Part shown: positions 31,385 to 41,982 of the stretch, in pieces | Layout: each line of letters begins with the position of its first letter | How positions within the stretch are numbered: the stretch's first letter is position 1 | DNA from: an uncultured Methanosarcinaceae archaeon | GTDB lineage: Archaea; Halobacteriota; Methanosarcinia; Methanosarcinales; Methanosarcinaceae | Direction: 5' to 3' | NCBI GenBank assembly: GCA_963727895.1 | Contig: CAVSHT010000009.1 | Span: forward strand, 32,001-96,000 | DNA: 64,000 nt | The notes under the pieces: model-generated | What the model saw: only the letters and a program-made list of their open reading frames with translations | Databases searched by the model: none | Told to the model about the DNA's origin: nothing | Position numbers and translations under genes: made by a program

Positions 31385-31873
31385 TAGTAAATCAACCCCT
31401 TCCCCCTGACGTATTGGCTCACTTTTGTTATTTATATTAGACCCCAATATTAGACTCCTATTTCAATTGGGTTATAAATTGAGTAAGTATTTATTGAAAC
31501 AATTGAGTTTGAATAAATATCTTAATAGTTTTACACAAGTAGTTATTCCTCAGATGGTTTATATAAATAGGAAATTAAGTTTCTAAACTAATCTCTGAAA
31601 AACTTTTGGGTTATAATAAAATAATTTTATAACAGTATACCAAGTAACAATTCAAGTATTTTTATATAAAATATCATCATTCCACAACTCTCCCTTGTTG
31701 TTTTTATGGATAAGTTATTTCATTTTTACATTGAAAAAATAAGATAAATAAAATATATGAAAGATATCTTTATATTATGGAACTTACTTCGGATTAAGAA
31801 TCAATTAAAACAAAATAAACTTATTAGAGAACAAACAAAATTCTATATTTAATCGAATTTAATATTACTTATA

Positions 31874-31929
31874 TTAAAGAATTAGATTTTGAATTACACA
31901 CTTAAAGAATTAGATTTTGAATTATACAT
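31874..31929. repeat. 28-bp tandem duplication
   Basis: ttaaagaattagattttgaattacacac / ttaaagaattagattttgaattatacat. Confidence 0.85.
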
Positions 31930-32390
31930 TTATTCGTCTACTTTGAGAATTAACATACTATTTTTTGTGTAAAAATCTTGTAGTTTAAAAATAGAAATAA
32001 AAGTTTTATGAAGAGCGCCCCTCACAAACTTTCTGATCTCAAAAAAGTTCAAATTATTTGATGTAATATAAATCTAGTCTGTAGCTTATTACATAGGTTC
32101 ATATATGTGAGAGATGAATAAATATATTAATCAGGGGCATTTTTTGTGGGTAAGTCATATAAGATATTTTAGATTAGCTCAGGTTATTTGAGCATGTCCA
32201 GAAAGATAAGTTAAAAAATAAGAATATTGAAGTAATTAGTTTGGGGTATAAAAGAAAGATATCTCTTTTAGAATCACATGCGGTGAACTGAAAGTATAGA
32301 TACTTTACCGGCAGACTTTTGAAAAAAATGGGTGTCAAAATTGAATAGAAAAGAGAGTATAAGTTAGACTTTTTAAAGGGGAAGAGTACT

Positions 32391-32699
32391 ATGGACAGCG
32401 TTGTACCGAGAATATTAAAAACTCCAATACTAGCAATGTACCATGACGATAAACACCAACAGCTCACCATGGAAGTTGAACTTCCAGACGTAGAAAGTGA
32501 GAATATAACACTGATAATGCATGAAAATAGCTTTTATCTGAAAGCATTCAGTAAAACTGTAGAGTATCTGGGATCTTTTTTTCTAGATGGTCCCGTAGAT
32601 CCTGAAAAAGCAATCGCAGTCAACGAAAACGGAATGCTTACTGTTACAGTTCCTTACAAAGAGTGCTTTACATGTGCAAGATATGTTCCTATTGAGTAA
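32391..32699 (+). CDS. Hsp20/alpha-crystallin-like small protein
   Basis: EVELPDV...VDPEKA.A..ENGMLTVTVP. Confidence 0.8.
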   Translation: MDSVVPRILKTPILAMYHDDKHQQLTMEVELPDVESENITLIMHENSFYLKAFSKTVEYLGSFFLDGPVDPEKAIAVNENGMLTVTVPYKECFTCARYVPIE

Positions 32700-32829
32700 A
32701 AAGAATGAGTGGCTTATCGTAAAATATTCCTGAAAAACTTAATTTTATATCATATTAATCTTTATTATGTCTTTATTAAAATTAATAAAGATAATTTTTA
32801 TTAAAATTTATTTTTGTAGAGGAGATCTT

Positions 32830-33039
32830 ATGAAAATAATAAAATGCAGTGATTTGGGGTTCAAGTGTAACTTTATGGCTGCTGGTAACGAACTGGAAGA
32901 AGTTGAAAATGCTATGTTAGATCATATAGAAAAAGAACATAAAGAAGAGCTTCAAAGCATGTCCGAAGACGATATTCACCATCTGAAACATCGAATTTCA
33001 ACCCTTCTGGGAAGAAGTTGCGGTTGTGGAGCTCTATAA
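32830..33039 (+). CDS. DUF1059-like small metal-binding protein
   Basis: KCSDLGFKCNF...H...H; GGAGA upstream of ATG at 32830. Confidence 0.75.
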   Translation: MKIIKCSDLGFKCNFMAAGNELEEVENAMLDHIEKEHKEELQSMSEDDIHHLKHRISTLLGRSCGCGAL

Positions 33040-33272
33040 TAAGTATACTATAAAGAATAATCCTTTGAAAAATGAAAGTTTACCCTGACCTTTAGGCAAA
33101 CTTTCTTTACATCTTTTTTAACAATTAAGATTTAATTCAGTGCCTTTACTCAAGGATAATGTCCTGAATTTTTAGGCTAAAAACGAGTAAATAAAGATTA
33201 TCCGAGATAAAATTATTAAATAAACCAATTTTGAATAGATCCGAAATTGAATAAAACGTTAAAAACATTTTG

Positions 33273-33420
33273 TTATGAGTTCAGAATCCAGATGGAGTAA
33301 TTAAGAAACATGGCAAAGCTGACCCATAGGATATAAGGAAATAGTAGATAAGAAGCTATTTTGGAAATTTTTCTGAATATTAATATTGTTACAAATATAG
33401 AAAGCCAGAGAAAAATAATT
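33273..33420 (-). pseudogene. tspO: 3' fragment of tspO
   Basis: Minus strand reads IIFLWLSIFVTILIFRKISKIASYLLFPYILWVSFAMFLNYSIWILNS*, starting at the IS1 end. Confidence 0.9.
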
Positions 33421-34099
33421 GGAATTGGTAATTAAAAATAGATATATATGCTTATAACATATATTTCTTCATGAACTGCAAAATGTAATAGTTCCAGTCA
33501 CAATAAGAACGATATAGTTGGTGGGCGTCAACGCTACAAATGCCATGATTGTGGATATAACTATGCCCTTGAAGGATTGGGCTTTCGTTCAATAGGACGA
33601 TTTTTAGGGGTGAGTCATGTTTCTGTCCAAAAATAGATAAAGAAATTTGGTCAGGAGTTAGAGAACCTAAAAAGTGAAAATGAGATATCTATTGTTGAAA
33701 TGGATGAGATGCACACTTACATCGGTAACAAAAAAAAATATTGCTGTATCTGGATTGCTGTTGATAGAGTTGGGAAAAAGTTCATCAACTGCTCTTTTGG
33801 TAGCAGAGGAACGGAAACTGGAAAACTACTCTGGGAAATATTGAAGAAAAAAGAGATTGGAGAAGTGATGACAGATCACTGGAGCGCATATGCAGAGTTT
33901 CTTCCAGAAAAGAGTCATACTCAATCAAAAGCAGAAACATCTACAGTTGAGGGATATAACAGCATATTGAGGCACTTTTTGGCAAGGTTGAGAAGAAAGA
34001 CAAAGTGTTATACGAAGAGTCTTGAAATGCTAAAGTACTCGGTTATTCTATTGATGAAATAAAGAAATAAAGAGTTAACTATGTTTAGATACCAATACC
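33421..34099 (+). mobile_element. IS1-family element, copy 2 (defective)
   Basis: Same family as copy 1. Small deletion in the CPKC codons, TGG>TAG at 33634-33636, A9 instead of A8 at the frameshift site; flanks do not form a TSD. Confidence 0.92.
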
Positions 34100-34222
34100 A
34101 AAATTTATACTAATATCTTTTTTGGGGTTTACTTTTGGAGTATAAAGAAGTCTAAACATCTAAGTTAATCAACCAAAATAGGAATTTTTTTACTTAATTC
34201 TGACTATTTTTTCCCAAAATTG

Positions 34223-34251
34223 AGATACACTTCTTGGAAGGAAGTGTATCT
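34223..34251 (-). terminator. Perfect 11-bp hairpin downstream of glnA1
   Basis: agatacacttc / gaagtgtatct. Confidence 0.6.
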
Positions 34252-34316
34252 TCTTAAGTGAGTTTTTAATTTTACCAAAATCACTTTGGTGTTAAGATTT
34301 AGGTTTCTTTGTGTGC

Positions 34317-35660
34317 TTACAGCATATGTAAGTATTTCTCAAGTTCCCATGGGTGAACGATTGCTTTGTACTCGTTCCATTCCATCTCTTTGGCACAGAG
34401 ATAGTTACTGAATACATGATCTCCAAGAGCTTCTTTTACGAAGGCACTGCCTGCCATTTCATCCATTGCTTCTTTAAGATCAGCAGGAAGGGAACGAATA
34501 CCTCTTTCCTTACGCTCCTCTTGTGTGAGGTGGAAAATATTTGTGTCAGTTGATTCCCCTGGATCAATCTTGTTCTTTATTCCATCCAGACCAGCTCTAA
34601 GCATTATGGCGAAAGCAAGGTATGGGTTACATGACGGATCAGGACATCTAAGTTCCACTCTTGTTCCATTTCCACGGGTTGCAGGAATACGGATCAATGA
34701 ACTCCTATTCTTTGAAGACCATGTGATATAGACCGGAGCCTCATATCCTGGTACAATCCTTTTGTAAGAGTTAACAACAGGATTTGTAACAGCTGTAAAT
34801 TCTCTGATATGCTTTAAAAGACCGCCTATGTAGTACATAGCATCCTGAGATAACTGATTTGGGGTATCTGGGTCATAAAAAGCGTTCTTTCTATCCTTGA
34901 AAAGAGACTGGTTACTGTGCATACCTGAGCCGTTTACGCCGAAAAGAGGTTTTGGCATGAAAGTGGCATAATATCCTTTATGATATGCAATTGATTTTAC
35001 CACATATTTGAAAGTTACAACATTGTCAGCCGTGTTGAGTACATCGCTGAATCTAAAGTCTATTTCATGCTGGGAAGGCGCTACTTCGTGATGGGAAGCC
35101 TCTATCTGGAATCCCATAGATTCAAGGGTATAGTCAATATCTCTGCGTACATCCTGTGCAAGGTCAAGGGGTGCAAAATCAAAGTATCCACCCTGGTCTG
35201 TAAGTTCTGTGGTTGGATTTCCGTTTTCATCCAGTTTGAAGAGGAAAAATTCCAGTTCAGGACCCACATTCATTGAGTAACCCATTTTTTCAGCTTCTGC
35301 GATTGCTCTTTTAAGAACATATCTTGGGTCTCCTTCAAATGGTCGACCATCAGGAAGATATACATCTCCAAGGATCCTGGCTACTGCACCGGTTGAAGGT
35401 CTCCATGGAAGAACTCTAAAAGTAGACGGGTCAAGCACAAGTTTCATGTCAGATTCTTCAATCTTTGTAAAGCCCTGGATTGAAGATCCATCAAACATCA
35501 CTCCATTTTCAAAAGCCTCTTCTAACTGTTCAACAGGTATTGCCCAACTTTTGATGATGCCAAGTGTATCCGTAAACTGGGTACGGATAAACTTTACGTC
35601 TCTCTCATTTACAGCCTCTAACACATCTTCTTTGGTTATACACTTTTTTGTCTGCACCAT
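34317..35660 (-). CDS. glnA1: Glutamine synthetase type I
   Basis: FDGSSI, GPELEF, HHEVAPSQHE, MPKP...NGSGMH, PGYEAP, ELRCPD. Confidence 0.96.
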   Translation of the reverse strand: MVQTKKCITKEDVLEAVNERDVKFIRTQFTDTLGIIKSWAIPVEQLEEAFENGVMFDGSSIQGFTKIEESDMKLVLDPSTFRVLPWRPSTGAVARILGDVYLPDGRPFEGDPRYVLKRAIAEAEKMGYSMNVGPELEFFLFKLDENGNPTTELTDQGGYFDFAPLDLAQDVRRDIDYTLESMGFQIEASHHEVAPSQHEIDFRFSDVLNTADNVVTFKYVVKSIAYHKGYYATFMPKPLFGVNGSGMHSNQSLFKDRKNAFYDPDTPNQLSQDAMYYIGGLLKHIREFTAVTNPVVNSYKRIVPGYEAPVYITWSSKNRSSLIRIPATRGNGTRVELRCPDPSCNPYLAFAIMLRAGLDGIKNKIDPGESTDTNIFHLTQEERKERGIRSLPADLKEAMDEMAGSAFVKEALGDHVFSNYLCAKEMEWNEYKAIVHPWELEKYLHML

Positions 35661-35993
35661 TTCACTTCCACTCTAAATCGACACTAGGTATCTTTTTACC
35701 TATTTGCTAATATATATATCTTTTGTAGATATTACTAAAATAAAAGCTATTTACATATTAAATAAGAATAATTACTTCAAAAATAATTGCATGTCATATA
35801 TTCAATTCGCTGAACATATTTCTAATCTCTTCTATATAAAGTTCATTAAAACTCATTCTATAAGGATTGTTTCTTATCATAATTCGATTTTTTTGTCAAG
35901 TGTATGTCTACAAAATGGTATAAATAACAATTATTTAAAATTTTTTTCAATATAATATTAATAACGATTGAAATACATATAAATTCAGATCTA

Positions 35994-36334
35994 ATGGTTC
36001 AAAGAGTTAATTTCTTCAAATTTCTGGTTTCTGTATTGCTCTGCCTGTTTGCAGGAGCAATAGGTTCGACATTTACAGTATCGTCTCTTGATAATTGGTA
36101 TTTTTTGTTAGAAAAACCAACTTTTACTCCTCCATCATGGGTATTCTTTCCTGCTTGGACTATACTTTCTATACTAATGGGACTCTCATTTTATCTCGTT
36201 TGGGTAAAAGGTACTCATGAAAAATATGTTAAAGTTGGATTGCTTATTTTTGGTATTCAGTTAAGCTTTAATCTTCTATGGTCTTTTTTCTTTTTTAATC
36301 TAAGATCTCCTTACTATGCTTTTATATAAATTTT
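35994..36334 (+). pseudogene. tspO: 5' fragment of tspO (TspO/MBR family)
   Basis: WY..LEKPTFTPPSWVF..AWT.L..LMG and NLLWSFFFF; stops at the IS1 boundary after 111 aa. Confidence 0.9.
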
Positions 36335-37012
36335 GGTATTGGTATCTAAACATAGTTAACTCTTTATTTCTTTATTTCATCAATAGAATAACCGAGTACT
36401 TTAGCATTTCAAGACTCTTCGTATAACACTTTGTCTTTCTTCTCAATCTTGCCAGGAAATGCCTCAATATGCTGTTATATCCCTCAACTGTAAATGTTTC
36501 TGCTTTGGATTGAGTATGGATCTTTTCTGGAAGAAACTCTGCATATGCTCTCCAGTGATCTGTCATCACTTCTCCAATCTCTTTTTTCTTCAATATTTCC
36601 CAGAGTAGTTTTCCAGTTTCCGTTCCTCTGCTATCAAAAGAGCAGTTGATGAACTTTTTCCCAACTCTATCAACAGCAATTCAGATCCAGCAATATTTTT
36701 TTTGTTACCAATGTAAGTGTGCATCTCATCCATTTCAACAATAGATATCTCATTTTCACTTTTTAGGTTCTCTAACTCCTGACCAAATTTCTTTATCTAT
36801 TTTTGGACAGAAACATGACTCACCCCTAAAAATCGTCCTATTGAACGAAAGCCCAATCCTTCAAGGGCATAGTTATATCCACAATCATGGCATTTGTAGC
36901 GTTGACGCCCACCAACTATACCGTTCTTATTGTGACTGGAACTATTACATTTTGCAGTTCATGAAGAAATATATGTTATAAGCATATATATCTATTTTTA
37001 ATTACCAATGCC
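36335..37012 (-). mobile_element. IS1-family element, copy 3 (defective, inverted relative to copy 2)
   Basis: Near-identical to copy 2, sharing both deletions, the TAG and the IRR variant; flanked by taaatttt on both sides. Confidence 0.92.
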
Positions 37013-37540
37013 TAAATTTTTTATGAAAACATTGGTTTTCAACAATACTTTTTTTATCAAAGAAAATAACACCTGTTTCAATGAGAAATAAAACTAAAAT
37101 CCTGAAAACTGCAGTATAGTAATTGGTTAATGGGAAATTCAAGATAAAAATGTAGAAGAAAGAAAATAATTAAAAGGTTAAAATATTGTTCTTATCAGAA
37201 TTACTCCAAAAACTGTTAACCTGATAAAAAGAAACATATATATATTGTCAAGCAGGTACTAAATAACTTGCTTCCCTTAGTGGTGACCTTCTTAATGCAT
37301 TTAAAGAAGCAAAAGGGTAGTTGCTGTAATTCATATTAATTAGATATTATTTAAATGAGACAAATTTATTAAAAATTCAGAAATTTTGTGAATCGATATA
37401 AAAATTACCTCTGAGCCCCCTGTATCTCAGTTGGCAAGTTTTTTGAACTAGTTCTCAAAAATGAGCCACGGAAATAATTCAGTAAATTATTAACGCATAT
37501 ATATTACATTCATTCCTATCCGATTTTTAGAGTGATCAAA

Positions 37541-38593
37541 ATGTGTGGAATAATAGGCTTCATAGACCGAAAAAAGTCCAGAATGGACGGGTCGAGCATA
37601 AAAGCTGCCCTCAGCCTCATGAAAGAAAGAGGTAGTGGAGATGGGTCAGGCTATGCTGCATATGGAATTTATCCAAAATATGCAGACTATTATGCTCTTC
37701 ATGTTTTCTTTGACAATTTAAGTGAACCAAAAAAGAAAGTTGATGAAATTCTCAAGCAAAAGGGAGAAATTGTTCACGAAGAAGAGATTCCGACATACCC
37801 TCAGCCTGGCTTAAAAAAAGTGCATATCCCATGGAGATATTTTTTTAAGCCCTCAGAAAGCATGATAGCTGGAAAAATTGCTTCTGAAAAAGATATTATT
37901 ACTTCCATAGTGATGGAAGTAAACGCCAACGTGAAAGGAGCTACAATATTTTCTTCCGGAAAAAACATGGGAGTCTTCAAAGCTTCTGGATGGCCTGAAG
38001 ACGTAGGAAATTTTTACAGAATTGAAGATTACAAGGGCTACATTTGGCTTGCTCACAACCGTTATCCTACAAACTCTCCAGGTTGGTGGGGAGGAGCACA
38101 TCCCTTTAATCTTCTTGACTGGTCAGTAGTACATAACGGAGAAATTACTTCATATGGTACAAACCAGCGTTATGTTGAAGAATACGGATACAAGTGCACT
38201 CTGTTTACTGATACTGAGGTTGTAGCATACTTGTTTGACCTACTTGGAAGACAGCACGAATTATCATACGAAATGATTGTCAAGGCACTTGCACCTCCTT
38301 TCTGGGATGATATAGACAGGATGCCTCCAAAAGAAGAAGAGTTGAATAAAGCAATCCGTCTTACCTACGGGCCTGCCCTCATGAACGGACCCTTCGCAAT
38401 TGTAGTTGGGACAGATGAAGGCATTGTCGGTTTTACTGACAGGATTAAACTGCGCCCTCTAGTAGTTGGTGAAAATGGAGATAGACTCTATATATCAAGT
38501 GAAGAAGCCGCGATAAGAGTCATTGACCCCAAAATTGAAAATATATATACTCCCAGAGCCGGAGAACCAATTATTGGGAGGTTTATTGAATGA
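37541..38593 (+). CDS. gltB1: Glutamate synthase amidotransferase subunit (split archaeal GltB, domain 1)
   Basis: N-terminal MCGI (Ntn nucleophile), HNRYPTN, AHPF, HNGEI. Confidence 0.9.
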   Translation: MCGIIGFIDRKKSRMDGSSIKAALSLMKERGSGDGSGYAAYGIYPKYADYYALHVFFDNLSEPKKKVDEILKQKGEIVHEEEIPTYPQPGLKKVHIPWRYFFKPSESMIAGKIASEKDIITSIVMEVNANVKGATIFSSGKNMGVFKASGWPEDVGNFYRIEDYKGYIWLAHNRYPTNSPGWWGGAHPFNLLDWSVVHNGEITSYGTNQRYVEEYGYKCTLFTDTEVVAYLFDLLGRQHELSYEMIVKALAPPFWDDIDRMPPKEEELNKAIRLTYGPALMNGPFAIVVGTDEGIVGFTDRIKLRPLVVGENGDRLYISSEEAAIRVIDPKIENIYTPRAGEPIIGRFIE

Positions 38594-40102
38594 CGCTAGG
38601 AAGTATACCTCCAAAATTCAAGGTCACTATTGACCGTGACCAGTGTATGGACTGCGGGCGCTGTATTGAAAACTGTTCATATGGTGTTTACAGGAGAGAA
38701 GGCGACAAAATCCTGATAGAATCAAGGAAATGTACGGGCTGCCTTCGCTGTGTTGCCATGTGTCCCAGGGACGCAATTACACTTACAGAAAAACCTATAG
38801 ATTACCGCAGCCATCCCCTCTGGACCAGAGAAGTCAGAGAAGATGTTATTAAACAGGCTCGCAGCGGAAAGATTATTCTTTCAGGAATGGGAAACGCAAG
38901 GGACTTGCCTGTTATCTATGACCGTCTTCTCCTTGACGCCTGCCAGGTTACAAATCCGAGTATTGACCCCCTGAGAGAACCAATGGAACTCAGGACTTAC
39001 ATTGGAAAGAAACCATCCAAACTCACATTCAGAAAAACAGAGAGTGGGGATGTAGAACTGGAAACCAAAATCGCTCCAAATCTCAAACTCAATACTCCCA
39101 TAATGATTGGACACATGAGTTTCGGAGCTATCAGTCTTAACTCCCAGCTCAGTATGGCAAAAGCCGTAACAGAACTTGGAACGTATATGGGAACAGGAGA
39201 AGGAGGGCTCCACAAAGCTTTATATCCTTATCAGGACCACATGATTGTTCAGGTTGCATCAGGTCGTTTCGGTGTAAACATTGATTATCTTGAAAGAGGC
39301 GCCGCCATTGAGATCAAAATTGGTCAGGGAGCAAAACCTGGTATAGGTGGGCATCTGCCTGGAGAAAAAGTAAGTGAGGAAGTTTCAAGGACTCGTATGA
39401 TCCCTGTTGGCAGTGATGCAATTAGTCCAGCACCTCACCATGATATTTACAGCATTGAAGACCTTGTTCAGCTCATTAGAAGCCTGAAAGAAGCAACTGA
39501 ATGGAAGAAACCGGTCTTCGTTAAGATTGCAGCCGTGCATAACGTAGCTCCAATTGCTGCTGGTATTGCCCGCTCTTCTGCAGATGCAGTAGTGATTGAT
39601 GGATTCCGCGGCGGAACTGGCGCAGCTCCCAAGGTCTTCAGGGATAATGTGGGAATTCCGATTGAAGTTGCAATCGCAAGCGTTGATCAGAAACTCAGGG
39701 AATAGGGCATAAGAAACGAGATATCGATTATTGCAAGTGGAGGAATAAGGAGTAGTGCAGACCTTGCTAAGTCAATTGCTCTCGGAGCAGATGCCATAAA
39801 TATCGGGACTGCTGCCCTTGTTGCTCTGGGCTGCAGGGTCTGCGGCAATTGCTACAGAAACCTTTGCCCTTGGGGTATTGCTACCCAGCGTCCAGACCTT
39901 GTGAGCAGGCTTGACCCTGAGAGAGGAGCAACTCAGGTTGCAAATCTTATTAAAAGTTGGACTCTGGAATTGAGCGAGCTTATGGGCGCTGCGGGGATTA
40001 ACAGTATAGAAAGCCTGCGCGGCAATAGAGATCGCCTGCGTGGATATATGCTGGATGAAGGAATGCTTGAAATCCTTGATGTATTGCCAGCAGGGAGCCT
40101 GA
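38590..40102 (+). CDS. gltB2: Glutamate synthase FMN/Fe-S subunit with an in-frame TAG at 39703-39705
   Basis: Two N-terminal ferredoxin motifs, MSFGA, QVASGRFG, EIKIGQGAKPG.GGHLP. After the TAG the same frame reads GIRNEISIIASGGIR...CRVCGNCYRNLCPWGIATQ. An extra G near 40093-40095 hides the likely TGA at 40100. Confidence 0.9.
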
Positions 40103-40107
40103 TTGAG

Positions 40108-40852
40108 ATGAAGACGGTAAAAATTGATGCCAGAGGATATGCACTATACCCCTTTAAACCAGAAAATCAGAGCTGCGGTTGCGGATGGGGCAGAAGAAAT
40201 CATACTCGATAATATACTTGGACAACGCTTTATCGGAGATGGGCTAAGAGGCAATGTCCGTATAATAATCAATGGAGTTCCCGGAGGGGATCTGGGAATG
40301 TTCATGAGTGGACCGACTTGTATTATACATGGAAATGCTGAACATGCTCCGGGTAATACGATGGATAGTGGGATGCTCGTGATTCATGGAAGTGCGGGAG
40401 ATGCAGTTGCTCACAGTATGCGCGGAGGAAAAGTCTTTGTAAAGAATAATATTGGCTACCGCGGCGGCATTCACATGAAACAATATGAGGTGGAAGCCAG
40501 ACCTATACTTGTTGTTGGAGGCACAGCCCACTCCTTCCTCGGAGAGTACATGGCAGGTGGCATGGTGCTTGTTCTCGGTATCGGCAAGGATAAAGCCATG
40601 ACAGACAGGGGCATCGGTAGTGGAATTCATGGTGGAGAAATTATCATCCGTGGAGAAGTGGATGATTACCTGCTTGGAATAGGATCTAAGAAATTCAAGT
40701 TTACCGAAAGCGATCTTGAACGCATTGCCCCGATTATAAAGAGTTTCTGCGAGCAGTTCGGATATGATCCTGCAGAGTTTCTGGACACGAACTATACAAA
40801 GATCGGACCTGCAAGCAGCCGGCCGTTCGCAAGCAAATATGTCTGGGAGTGA
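40108..40852 (+). CDS. gltB3: Glutamate synthase GXGXG beta-helix subunit; +1 frameshift near 40131-40136
   Basis: GQRFIG, G.DLGMFMSG, GEYMAGG repeats; MKTVKIDA joins DMHYTPLNQ if one base is removed. Confidence 0.87.
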
Positions 40853-40858
40853 TCAGAA

Positions 40859-41894
40859 ATGGCAGAACAGAAACCAATTAGTAAAAGTTACCTTGATCTC
40901 AAATCAAAAGTCTGGGACGAAGGCCTTTGCTCAGGCTGTGGGGCCTGCATTGCAGTCTGCCCTGCTGATGCCCTGTACTTCGAAACAGGCGGTGACTCTA
41001 CATATCCAAAAAGCAACGGCTACTGTAAAGCTGCTGTTGACGATGTTCCCTGTGGAGCCTGTTACGAGGTTTGTCCGAGACTCGAAGAACAGCCCTCAAG
41101 CCTGCTTGGAGACTACCTTGAAATTACTGCTGGAAAAGCCGAGTTTAATATTCCGAGAAAAGCAGAGTGGAGGAGCGGTCACAGCTATTCTTACAAACGC
41201 CCTTGATATAGGCCTTGTAGATGCTGTAGTTACGGTTACGGAAGATCCCTGGACCCTCAAGCCGCACTCAATGGTAATAACCAAGAGTGAAGCCCTTATT
41301 AGACAGGCAGGAAGTCGTTACAACTGGTGGGTTCCTCTTGTTTCTTCTCTCAAAGAAGCGGTTGTAAACAGGAAATACAGGAACATTGCAGTCGTTGGAG
41401 TTCCTTGTGTTGTTCAGGCAGTTCGCAAGATGCTTGAAACCGATCACCAGCTTGTGCATCCATACAAAAAATCCATCCGCTTTGTTTTAGGCCTTTTCTG
41501 TACTGAAAGCTTTGACTACGAAAAACTTATCGCAGGCAAGCTAAAAAGTGAGTACGCTCTCGAACCTATGAATGTCTGCCGCATTGACGTTAAGGGCAAA
41601 CTCGAAATAACCCTTAATGGCGGGAAGCAGTACATCATCCCCCTTACTGAACTTCAGGACACTATCCGTCCAGGCTGTAGCGTCTGTACGGACTTTACTG
41701 CTCTGAAAGCTGATATCTCAGCAGGTTCAGTCGGAAGCCCTGAAGGCTATACTACTCTTATTGTTCGCACTCTTGTAGGACAGCATATTCTTGAAAGCGC
41801 AGTTGCTAATAAGAAACTGAGCGTCGGCGGGGAAGTAAATCTCGATATAATAGAAAAGCTTGCAAAGAAAAAGATGGCAAGAAAAACTCAGTAA
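40859..41894 (+). CDS. FrhB-like F420-binding subunit with N-terminal ferredoxin; +1 frameshift at 41158-41161
   Basis: CSGCGACIAVCP, then QSGGAVT, VVGVPC, GLFCTE, GC..CTDF...ADISAGSVGS. Confidence 0.87.
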
Positions 41895-41914
41895 TTAACA
41901 ACTAATTTTTAAAT

Positions 41915-41960
41915 GATGGAGTTTTATGCTCCATCTTCAGTTTTATTTCAGTTTTTTTTC
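41915..41960 (+). terminator. Hairpin plus U-tracts after the glt operon
   Basis: gatggag/ctccatc followed by T-rich runs. Confidence 0.55.
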
Positions 41961-41982
41961 AATTCTGTTTTTATCTCATTTA

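Noticed and set aside
35704..35955. 83-aa ORF upstream of glnA1 (similarly 8997-9179, 32174-32470, 51635-51949, 57600-57806)
   Set aside because: Low-complexity AT-rich intergenic frames with no SD or motif.
36327..37020. taaatttt on both sides of IS1 copy 3 as proof of a simple insertion
   Set aside because: Sequence right of the IS does not continue tspO, whereas sequence left of copy 2 does; the inner match may reflect flank homogenisation.
35661..37540. NrpR operator (GGAA-N6-TTCC) upstream of glnA1 or gltB1
   Set aside because: No convincing match found by eye; ggaaaataattcag near 37470 does not fit.
40081..40212. Programmed gltB2-gltB3 fusion or ribosomal frameshifting
   Set aside because: Better explained by two nearby single-base insertions; no slippery heptamer.
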